DNA of 64,000 nt from an uncultured Candidatus Saccharibacteria bacterium (GTDB lineage Bacteria > Patescibacteriota > Minisyncoccia > Phycocordibacterales > EsbW-18). The position numbers were made by a program, and so were the translations under genes. Position 1 is the first letter of the stretch. Each line of letters starts with the position of its first letter. A model generated the notes under the pieces. The model made no database searches, was not told where the DNA came from, and saw only the letters and a list, made by a program, of their open reading frames with translations. The stretch spans positions 34,512 to 98,511 of the forward strand of contig CAYUSN010000002.1 of the NCBI GenBank assembly GCA_964447415.1. The letters run 5' to 3'. Below are positions 56,886 to 64,000 of this stretch, piece by piece.

Positions 56886-57779
56886 CTAATCAAAAATATT
56901 GAGGAGATACTTATCAATATCCCGCTGGTCCATGTCGTAAAAATTCATTTTCTTTCGATGGAGTACGCGCGCCAAATCCCTGCCCACAAACCGCCAGTGC
57001 CACGGTTCAAACTGGTAGTAGGTGTTGCCCGGCGGGTATGAAAGAATAAATCCGTATTTGTATGCGTTGTCTTGCAGCCACTTATACGCTTCCGTATTGC
57101 CGAATCCGTCCAGACCGCCGTTTAATCCCGTCGTCGTAAAATCAACCGTGGTTCCCAGTTGGTGTTCCGAATAGCCCTGGTCGGCTGAGAACGCATTCGC
57201 TCCGGTGCCGTAGCTCACAGTATACCCCGTCTTCAGTGCCGCCTGTGTGCCGAATGAACGGTACGCGGAGCGGACAAACAACTCAACATCGTCGTCTTTC
57301 GCATCTTCAATAATATCTTCCAGAAACGATCTGACACTTCGGTGAATCTGCTGTGTGACACTTTCATCATAGAGATAATCCTTGTCGATGTTTACCAACC
57401 TCGGTGGTTCGTAGTTTTCATTCAAAAAATACACTTTGGAGTATTTCTGCAGTAGCTGAGGATCCAGCTTGCTCAGTTTTTCAAATTCCCCGACCGTGCC
57501 GGAGAGCTCTTCCACCTGGTCCTCAAGATTTCTTACGCGTGATTCCTGCAGATTCACTTCGTCGCGCAAATCCGCTTTTTCTTCCTCCGCCTTCGCAAGC
57601 TCGCTCTGAAGCGCCTGCACGGAGCTTGATGCCGCCACATACAGTCCGTTGAGTACGTAAAAACGATATCCGCCGTATCCGAGCGCCACAACGAGCACTC
57701 CTGCGAGTATCAAAAGCGCGTTTACTGTTTTTGGGGTCGGCTCCATGAATACAAAAATAACGTCTGCTGATTGTATCAC
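56886..57779 (-). CDS. Peptidase M15B (VanY/D,D-carboxypeptidase-like), membrane-anchored with a coiled coil
   Basis: SAYRSFGTQ, SEHQLGTTVDF and EPWHWRFVG are the M15 zinc-ligand motifs. N-terminal TM plus a Glu-rich coiled coil. Confidence 0.8.
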   Translation of the reverse strand: MIQSADVIFVFMEPTPKTVNALLILAGVLVVALGYGGYRFYVLNGLYVAASSSVQALQSELAKAEEEKADLRDEVNLQESRVRNLEDQVEELSGTVGEFEKLSKLDPQLLQKYSKVYFLNENYEPPRLVNIDKDYLYDESVTQQIHRSVRSFLEDIIEDAKDDDVELFVRSAYRSFGTQAALKTGYTVSYGTGANAFSADQGYSEHQLGTTVDFTTTGLNGGLDGFGNTEAYKWLQDNAYKYGFILSYPPGNTYYQFEPWHWRFVGRDLARVLHRKKMNFYDMDQRDIDKYLLNIFD

Positions 57780-57789
57780 CTTTTAATAT

Positions 57790-57830
57790 ACGAAAAAACG
57801 AAAAGGCACCCCGTACGGCGACGAGGTGCC
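57790..57830 (-). terminator. Rho-independent terminator of the high-GC basic-protein gene
   Basis: GGCACC...GGTGCC stem (inner CCGTACGG also palindromic), followed in minus sense by UUUUCGUUUUUUCG. Confidence 0.6.
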
Positions 57831-57857
57831 CTGCTGACTTCTTCTGCCGATTCTGTC

Positions 57858-58115
57858 CTAGAAGGACTGGACCGGCAGGAGGAACATGGCCGCCTTCTGG
57901 CGGGGCTGGATGAACAGCTTCCCGCAGAAGACCTTGAGGCGGGCCGGCTTGCGACCCGTCGGGGCGTGCTTGACGCCCGAGCCGCGGCGCGCCATACGCT
58001 TGAGCTCGCCGAGCTCCATCTCCGTGTAGCTGTCGACCCGGTGCGAGCGGCGCTCCTTCTTCCACCAGAGCTGACGGCGGCGGGCGCGGCGACCCTTCAT
58101 CTCGAAGATTCCCAT
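57858..58115 (-). CDS. Small highly basic hypothetical protein (85 aa) in a high-GC island
   Basis: Codon third positions are almost all G/C (atc ttc gag atg aag ggt cgc cgc gcc cgc cgc cgt cag ctc tgg tgg aag aag gag cgc ...). GGAGGAG SD 6 nt upstream of the ATG. Protein MGIFEMKGRRARRRQLWWKKERRSHRVD... has no recognised family. Confidence 0.5.
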   Translation of the reverse strand: MGIFEMKGRRARRRQLWWKKERRSHRVDSYTEMELGELKRMARRGSGVKHAPTGRKPARLKVFCGKLFIQPRQKAAMFLLPVQSF

Positions 58116-58168
58116 GTTTCTCCTCCACTTGAAACCGCACGGAATTGCGCAGTCTCACTCCTTTTTTT

Positions 58169-58197
58169 ACGATATCACAGAATAGTCATTCTGTCAA
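58169..58197 (-). promoter_or_regulatory. Promoter (-35 TTGACA, 17 nt spacer, -10 TATCGT) with an embedded perfect palindrome ACAGAAT-N4-ATTCTGT, upstream of the basic small gene
   Basis: In minus sense TTGACA is rc of 58192-58197 and TATCGT is rc of 58169-58174. Palindrome CAGAATAGTCATTCTG at 58178-58193 overlaps the -35 and spacer. Confidence 0.5.
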
Positions 58198-58207
58198 TAT
58201 GTTTGTG

Positions 58208-58396
58208 TTATTTTGAGAGCTTAAAGCCCCAGTACGCCATATATCCGGCAACGGCAACCGCAATCCAGCTGACCCCCATAGGCACCACCCACCCCGCGAC
58301 ATACGCCAGTTCTCCGGAGAGTACGCGCCATAGATGTAATAGGGCGATGATAAGAAAAATTGCACTTGTCGCGGATAAATATGTTTTTTGATTCAT
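58208..58396 (-). CDS. Small hypothetical membrane protein (62 aa, 2 TM)
   Basis: Hydrophobic ORF with no obvious SD. Confidence 0.25.
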   Translation of the reverse strand: MNQKTYLSATSAIFLIIALLHLWRVLSGELAYVAGWVVPMGVSWIAVAVAGYMAYWGFKLSK

Positions 58397-58524
58397 ACGG
58401 TTATATTAATGAAAAACTAATAAACCTTTTTATACACTTTACAGTGTAAAACGTATGAAAAAGAGTACGAGTAGAGCGTGGGATAACTTGAAACGTTTTG
58501 TGTCCGGCACGGTATACTATATAT

Positions 58525-59727
58525 ATGAAAAATATTGTCCAAAACACCATACTGCTTGTATGTGCGGTAGTACTTGCTCTCGGCGCCTACCCCGCCTTAG
58601 CGCGTGCCGACGCATCTTCACTTGAAGTGTCGGGATGGATTCCCTACTGGGCCGCAAGCGCGGGCACGAAAGATGCGCGAAAACATCTGGAGGAGTTCTC
58701 CGTAATTTTTCCTTTTAACTACTCGATAAAAAGTGACGGCACGCTCTCTGATTTAGGAAAAATAAAAAAGAGCACGTGGAAAAAATTGTTCACCGCCGCA
58801 AAAAAGAAAGACGTGCTCATAATTCCGACGGTTATGTCGAGCAACACGTGGCTCATCCACGGGATTCTCAGCGACAAAGAAAAACGTGAGGATCACATTG
58901 ATGAAATCGTCTCAATGGTGAAAAAAGGAAAGTACGACGGCGTGGACATCGACTACGAAGGAAAAAGTGCCGAGACGCACGATGCGTTTGCGCTCTTTCT
59001 GAAAGAACTCAAAAAAGAGCTCGGAAAAAAGAAAGTGCTCTCATGTACCATTGAAGCGCGCACACCGGCGGATTCTCTCTACCGCACGCTCCCCACGGAC
59101 ATACAATTCGCCAACGACTTTAAGGCAATCGCAAAATACTGCGACCGCGTGAACCTCATGACGTACGACCAGCAGCGCGCCGACATCAAACTCAATGACG
59201 CGCACAAAGGCGAGCCGTACATTCCTGTGTCCGACCCCGCATGGGTACGCAAAGTGATTGAACTGACGCTCAAAACCATTCCGAAAGAAAAAATCTCACT
59301 CGGTATTCCCACCTACGGACATGAATATGAGGTCGTGGTGTATTCGGACGCGTATCAGGAATACGGTAAGACCGGGGCATTCAATCCGTCGTACGGCAAA
59401 AAAACGGCAAAAAAATATCGCCTGACGCCCGAGCGCAGTGATGCGGGCGAACTTCACTTTTCCTTCCCCGCAGTGGAAAACGCCATTCAGTTCACTTCAG
59501 GTGTGTCTATTCCGAAAAACACGTCGGACGCAATGCGTGCCGCCGCACAGAGTTTCTCGTACACCGCCACCACAAAACTTCCGACAGTGTTCTACTATGC
59601 GACATGGAGCGACGCCGAAGCCATCCGGCAAAAAGTTGAGTTGGCGCGTGAGTATGACCTATTAGGTGTGGCAATATTCAAAATCGACGGCAACGAAGAT
59701 CCCGAGATGTGGGATGTACTGAAATAA
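58525..59727 (+). CDS. Glycoside hydrolase family 18 (chitinase-like) secreted protein
   Basis: Signal peptide, then the GH18 catalytic motif DGVDIDYE (DxxDxDxE) and SxGG-like regions. Start at MKNIVQNT; the track starts 9 codons earlier. Confidence 0.8.
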   Translation: MKNIVQNTILLVCAVVLALGAYPALARADASSLEVSGWIPYWAASAGTKDARKHLEEFSVIFPFNYSIKSDGTLSDLGKIKKSTWKKLFTAAKKKDVLIIPTVMSSNTWLIHGILSDKEKREDHIDEIVSMVKKGKYDGVDIDYEGKSAETHDAFALFLKELKKELGKKKVLSCTIEARTPADSLYRTLPTDIQFANDFKAIAKYCDRVNLMTYDQQRADIKLNDAHKGEPYIPVSDPAWVRKVIELTLKTIPKEKISLGIPTYGHEYEVVVYSDAYQEYGKTGAFNPSYGKKTAKKYRLTPERSDAGELHFSFPAVENAIQFTSGVSIPKNTSDAMRAAAQSFSYTATTKLPTVFYYATWSDAEAIRQKVELAREYDLLGVAIFKIDGNEDPEMWDVLK

Positions 59728-59745
59728 ATTTTTCCTCCACAAATC

Positions 59746-59775
59746 AAAAATCCCTACTTGCGTAGGAATTTTTGA
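59746..59775. terminator. Bidirectional terminator hairpin after GH18: AAATCCCTAC-TTGC-GTAGGAATTT
   Basis: 10 bp stem with one mismatch, flanked by an A-run upstream and a T-run downstream. Loop ACTTGCGT is shared with the 53245 and 53366 hairpins. Confidence 0.55.
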
Positions 59776-60003
59776 GTAGGTCACACAGTCGTAGCACTCT
59801 ATTAGCCGAAGCTTCACGTGCGTGGCCTTCACTTACGATCCGGCCTGTCCGACTCCGAAACCTATACTCATTTTCCCCGCTCACACTTTTTTGTCAATCA
59901 AAAAAAGACCCTTTGTGGATAAAAACGGTGATAACTGGTGGAAAAAACGACCGTGTACTTTTTTCCCTTTATTTTTAAACGTGTTCTGGCATACTGAACG
60001 GTC

Positions 60004-60408
60004 ATGGTGCCGAAAAAATACAGACACGTTGACCGTTCCCTGCGCGTGAAGAGATCAGCGACGGGACTCGGTTTGTTTACCGAAAAACCCATTGAAAAAG
60101 GCGGTTTTATTATTGAATACACAGGAGAGATACTCACCCGGTTGGAGGCGGACACGCGCGGCGGTAAATATCTGTTTGAAACAAGTGCGCGGCGTTTTAT
60201 AGACGGACGCTCACGCGCCAACATCGCACGGTACATCAACCACTCCTGCACGCCGAACTGCGAGATTGATATCCGCCGCGGGCGCATTCTTGTGTTTGCA
60301 AAAAGAAAAATCGCCGCGGGAGAGGAACTTGCGTACGACTACGAGGAGGAATATTTCAACGAGTACATCAAACCGCACGGTTGCCGGTGCCGGACGTGCA
60401 GAAAATAA
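60004..60408 (+). CDS. SET-domain protein (putative protein-lysine methyltransferase)
   Basis: GGFIIEYTGEIL, RYINHSCTPNCEI (NHSCxPNC) and GEELAYDY (ELxYDY), with C-terminal post-SET cysteines CRCRTC. Confidence 0.8.
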   Translation: MVPKKYRHVDRSLRVKRSATGLGLFTEKPIEKGGFIIEYTGEILTRLEADTRGGKYLFETSARRFIDGRSRANIARYINHSCTPNCEIDIRRGRILVFAKRKIAAGEELAYDYEEEYFNEYIKPHGCRCRTCRK

Positions 60409-60589
60409 CGAGACGTTGTTTTCACGGAAAAATCATACCCCCTTCTGTAATGTGTGTCATAACGAACGCGTGTGTCACACACCGTTCGTTTCGGCGTCTT
60501 CACACTGCACGTCGATACTTATTAGCACTAGTAACCATGCCTTACCAACTAAAGGCGCTTTATAAAATTAAAAATAATTACATTAACGC

Positions 60590-61987
60590 ATGAATAAAAC
60601 TCTTACAAAAATAATGATGACCACGTTGCTCGTACTTCCCTTCGGTCTTGCTCTGCCCGCACAGGCGGCAACCACATGGGATGTGACTGGCAACTATGTC
60701 ATCAATATGGACTATCTGGGTACCGGCTATCCCCACGACATGTCCTTAACGCAGGACGCCTCCGACAACCTCACCGGTAACGGCGGTTCCCCTGCCGGAG
60801 CCAACGTATACACATGGGTGATTACCTCCGGTTCTGTAACCGGAGACACAATCGACTTCCTGGCAAACTACACAGCAACACCCGATGCGGTCGTACCGCA
60901 AACGGTACTGCACGTCGTCGGAACAATCGCCGGAGACGGCACCATGAGCGGCACCTGGTCTGACAACTATCAGGGAGGCGATCGCTCAGGCACATGGGAG
61001 TCAACAAGCGGCGTTGCACTCGGCGGTGAGTTATCGGCGGAAGACTTCGGTGTCGTGGACTATGACACCGGTCTCGGACAGCTTGCGGGTTACACCGCAG
61101 GATTTGGTCTCACCGATGCGACACTTGCAGGAGCAACCTCCGTGGTCGTGAAATTATATTCAGGACCCTCGGAATCCGACTTGCTGCAGACAAACACAGC
61201 AATCCTTCCGAAATTCAACGCCGACATTACCGGCACACAATTCTCTTCTCCGTTTGACGTATCCGGAACCTTCGACTACGCAACTGACGGTTATTGGGTA
61301 AACGTTCGTGAATCGCAGTATGGTCAGAGCGTCCCCGCAACACGCGTGGTGGCGACGGTTACGCTTGCAAACGGTAAAGTAGTAACGGCAGAAAACACAA
61401 ACCTCACAGGTGATCCGACAACCATCTACCCGCCGGTTGCCGTGACCTACGTAACAACAAACGCAGCAACAGGTATCACATCAACTGACGCTGTGCTGAA
61501 CGGCACCAACGGTGATGAGGCAGCAGACGGACACTCATTCTGGGTTTCGCTTGCGCCGTTTGCCACTACAAGTCCGGTCATTCCGGCCGGTGTCTACTCA
61601 ACGGTTGACCTCGGACCCGTCGCCGCGAACACCTCGTTTTCTGCCGCATTGTCGTCAGCAACGGGTATGCCTGCGGTAACACCGGACACCACGTATTACT
61701 TCGCGGCTTGGAGCTTCGTTGACGGTACATGGTACCCGGGTGAGATATTAAGTTTCACTACGGACGAGGTGGTTACTCCTCCCCCGCCTACAACTGGGCC
61801 GACTGACAAAAACCAGTGTAAGAAGGGCGGTTGGATGACATTTACTGACCCGACATTCAAAAACCAGGGACAGTGTGTCAGCTACGTTGAAAGAAACGAA
61901 CACGCCGACGAAAAGAATGAAGAAAGACATGAAAACGAAAATCATCGTAACGGGCACTCCAACCGGGGTCACAACCGCGAACATTAA
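60590..61987 (+). CDS. Secreted hypothetical protein with a His/Asn/Glu-rich C-terminal tail
   Basis: Signal peptide MNKTLTKIMMTTLLVLPFGLALPAQA, Thr/Gly-rich beta-like body, and tail HADEKNEERHENENHRNGHSNRGHNREH. Confidence 0.45.
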   Translation: MNKTLTKIMMTTLLVLPFGLALPAQAATTWDVTGNYVINMDYLGTGYPHDMSLTQDASDNLTGNGGSPAGANVYTWVITSGSVTGDTIDFLANYTATPDAVVPQTVLHVVGTIAGDGTMSGTWSDNYQGGDRSGTWESTSGVALGGELSAEDFGVVDYDTGLGQLAGYTAGFGLTDATLAGATSVVVKLYSGPSESDLLQTNTAILPKFNADITGTQFSSPFDVSGTFDYATDGYWVNVRESQYGQSVPATRVVATVTLANGKVVTAENTNLTGDPTTIYPPVAVTYVTTNAATGITSTDAVLNGTNGDEAADGHSFWVSLAPFATTSPVIPAGVYSTVDLGPVAANTSFSAALSSATGMPAVTPDTTYYFAAWSFVDGTWYPGEILSFTTDEVVTPPPPTTGPTDKNQCKKGGWMTFTDPTFKNQGQCVSYVERNEHADEKNEERHENENHRNGHSNRGHNREH

Positions 61988-62005
61988 TAGATACCAGTAA
62001 ACCGC

Positions 62006-62031
62006 AAAACAGCCCTTCGGGGCTGTTTTTG
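62006..62031. terminator. Bidirectional terminator AAAACAGCCC-TTCG-GGGCTGTTTT
   Basis: GC-rich 6 bp stem with a TTCG tetraloop, flanked by A/T runs. Lies after the secreted-protein gene and after the minus-strand small ORF. Confidence 0.6.
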
Positions 62032-62032
62032 T

Positions 62033-62208
62033 TAATGCGTAAGAGATATGTGGTTTCGCCAATTTTTTATCAGACCTGCCACACCGAACATAACCGCCGC
62101 AAGTCCGAGGAGTTGTCCTCCGGGGCTGTCGTCATATCCACCGTAGACAAACATGAGCGTCCCGAGCACTATTTCGAGAACGGAAAGGAGAATTCTTTTT
62201 GTGTCCAT
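62033..62208 (-). CDS. Possible small membrane protein (58 aa) downstream of tRNA-Asn
   Basis: MDTKRILLSVLEIVLGTLMFVYGGYDDSPGGQLLGLAAVMFGVAGLIKNW... No SD; low confidence. Confidence 0.2.
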
Positions 62209-62218
62209 AAAAAGGTTG

Positions 62219-62290
62219 CTCCGGTGGTAGGATTCGAACCTACAACCAACGCCTTAACAGGGCGCTGCTCTACCATTGAGCTACACCGGA
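62219..62290 (-). tRNA. tRNA-Asn (anticodon GUU), CCA not encoded
   Basis: Reverse complement TCCGGTGTAGCTCAATGGTAGAGCAGCGCCCTGTTAAGGCGTTGGTTGTAGGTTCGAATCCTACCACCGGAG folds as a cloverleaf: anticodon loop CTGTTAA, T-loop TTCGAAT. Confidence 0.85.
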
Positions 62291-62372
62291 ATATGCATCT
62301 GCAATGTACAACTGCGGGTCAGTATAAGTTTTTTCGGTTTAAAAATAAAGCCCCTGTGCTACACTATTCCCC

Positions 62373-63086
62373 ATGTCCTCACTATCAATCACCGTAGCTT
62401 TCATTGCCGGACTTGTCTCGTTTCTCTCTCCCTGCGTGCTTCCGATTATTCCCGGATTCCTTGCGTACCTGTCCGGTGCATCCCTTACTCCCGGCGAAGA
62501 GCGCTCGGAGCGTGGAAAGACGTTCCTCAACGCTCTCTTCTTTGTTCTCGGATTTTCTCTTGTCTTTGCAGCTTTGGGCGTACTCCTTAACACCGTACTT
62601 GAAGGTGTCGCGTATGGGTTTCAAACATGGCTCTCGAGAATCGGCGGAGTAATTATCATTTTTTTCGGTTTGTACCTCACCGGACTTATCCGCATCCCGT
62701 ATCTTGAACGTCCGCACTCGTTCTCGATGAAAAAACGGTTCGATTCACGGTTTCTTTCATCCCTCCTGTTCGGTGCCGCATTCGCCGCCGGATGGACCCC
62801 GTGTGTCGGTGCCGCCCTTGGTGCAATTCTTGCCCTTGCGGCAACGCAACCGAGCTCCGCATTTTTTCTTTTACTGTCGTACTCGCTTGGTCTCGGTATT
62901 CCCTTTCTTGTCGTCGGTTTTTTTGCATCGCGCGCCGACGCGTTCGTACAGCGGAACGCCGCAAAGCTGAAGTGGGTAAATGCTATATTTGGCGTCATTC
63001 TCATCGCGCTCGGCATACTCATCTTTACGGAACGTTTATCGACAATTGCAAACTTCGAACTCCTTAACCGTATACTGCTGCAATAA
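62373..63086 (+). CDS. ccdA: Cytochrome c-type biogenesis / thiol-disulfide transporter CcdA (DsbD-like membrane domain)
   Basis: FIAGLVSFLSPCVLPIIPGFLAY and a second Cys region (GWTPCVGAALGAIL); 6 TM. TTTAAA-N16-TACACT promoter-like element ends 7 nt before the ATG. Confidence 0.85.
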   Translation: MSSLSITVAFIAGLVSFLSPCVLPIIPGFLAYLSGASLTPGEERSERGKTFLNALFFVLGFSLVFAALGVLLNTVLEGVAYGFQTWLSRIGGVIIIFFGLYLTGLIRIPYLERPHSFSMKKRFDSRFLSSLLFGAAFAAGWTPCVGAALGAILALAATQPSSAFFLLLSYSLGLGIPFLVVGFFASRADAFVQRNAAKLKWVNAIFGVILIALGILIFTERLSTIANFELLNRILLQ

Positions 63087-63089
63087 TAT

Positions 63090-64000
63090 GTCCCACAAAA
63101 CACTCGGCCTCATTACCGTACTTGTTCTCATTGTGGTAAGTATCATCACGCTTGAAAGCGGAAAGGTGCGGCCGACGACAGTTGTTACGAACACCGACAT
63201 CATCCTTGAAGCGCCCACCACAACAGCCCCGGAGACATCATTGCCGGCGGAATCTTCGGAAGAAACACCCTCGACACAGCAACCGGCCGCGTCAACGCCC
63301 ACATTTCTAACACCCGCACAAAAAGCGGAAACATTCGAACGTGGAAAAGAAATCTCGTCTCCAAATAATTTTATCAACGTTGATAACATCACCGTACAAG
63401 GGGAACTCGAAAAGGGCAACGTTGTGCTCATTGATTTCTGGACATACTCGTGCATCAACTGCCAACGCACACTCCCCTACCTCAACGCGTGGCACGATGC
63501 CTACGGGGATAAAGGACTGACCATTATCGGCATCCACACGCCTGAATTTGACTTTGAAAAAGAGTTAAAAAACGTGCAGGCTGCCGTTACCAAATTCGGC
63601 GTCCATCATCCCGTTGTGCTCGATAATGATTTCTCGACGTGGCGTTCATACAACAACCGTTACTGGCCGCGTAAATATCTCATTGATATCGACGGATTCA
63701 TCGTGTATGACCATATTGGAGAAGGAGGATACGTCGACACCGAACAAAAAATCAGAGAGGTGCTCCTCGAACGTGCTGTGCGGCGTCATGTCGACGCAGA
63801 CCTTCCTTCACAGCTTGTGAGCACCTCCGTATTTGCCGACACCACGTCCGGAAACCAAACACCGGAAACATATTTTGGTGCCGCCAGAAACGTGTCTCTC
63901 GGAAATATTATTCAAGGAAAGATCGGAACACAAACAGTGGAGGTCCCTCAAACACTTTCAAGCGACACCACATACCTTGGCGGCACATGGAATATACGAG
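63090..64000 (+). CDS. Thioredoxin-fold thiol-disulfide oxidoreductase (TlpA/ResA/DipZ-C-like), partial (3' end beyond window)
   Basis: N-terminal TM anchor, Pro/Thr/Ser linker, and VVLIDFWTYSCINCQRTLPYLNAWHDAYGDKGLTIIGIHTPEF with a CxxC motif. ORF continues past position 64000. Confidence 0.7.

Noticed and set aside
57523-58391. 211 aa minus-strand and 206 aa plus-strand ORFs spanning the high-GC island
   Set aside because: Both read through the AT-rich promoter and terminator sequences and give Arg/Ala/Pro-rich nonsense typical of out-of-frame high-GC DNA. The 85 aa frame with saturated GC3, SD and terminator is the coherent one.

Overview
This 64 kb bacterial chromosomal segment is dense with housekeeping genes, about 80% of them on the minus strand. 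Many gene products are shorter than usual (rpoB 1088 aa, rpoC 1225 aa, dnaE 1065 aa, smc 766 aa, proS without its INS domain, thrS without its TGS domain). That points to a streamlined, possibly CPR/Patescibacteria-like genome, but this is an inference. Identifiable blocks are rpoB-rpoC-dnaG-rpoD, trmD-KH-rpsP, rnr, smc-rnc-(nusB::NUDIX)-rpmF, rnhB, dnaE, thrS, typA, a DNA-glycosylase pair (denV-like and tag), two tRNAs, the dcw core (mraZ-rsmH-ftsL-ftsI-murF), lysS, greA, mrdA-mreDCB, proS, rseP-frr, a nuclease-rich block (ogt-like, Cas4-like PD-(D/E)XK nuclease, ATP-cone::Mrr-like nuclease), mnmA, def-fmt, hpf, an OmpR-type two-component system, msrA, a VanY-like peptidase, GH18, a SET-domain protein and ccdA with a thioredoxin-like partner. 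No CRISPR array, integrase, transposase or reverse transcriptase was seen. The unusual items are a NusB::NUDIX fusion, four genes with about 65-70% GC and near-saturated GC3 embedded in roughly 50-55% GC sequence (one with a palindromic operator), a 616 bp non-coding region carrying two hairpin plus DnaA-box modules, a promoter-to-terminator small RNA candidate next to def, a structured lysS leader, a degenerate tRNA-Glu copy, and -10 hexamers placed 6-8 nt before ATG starts that suggest leaderless mRNAs. All coordinates and calls rest on reading the sequence and the supplied ORF track by eye; several start codons were moved from the track positions on the basis of homology.
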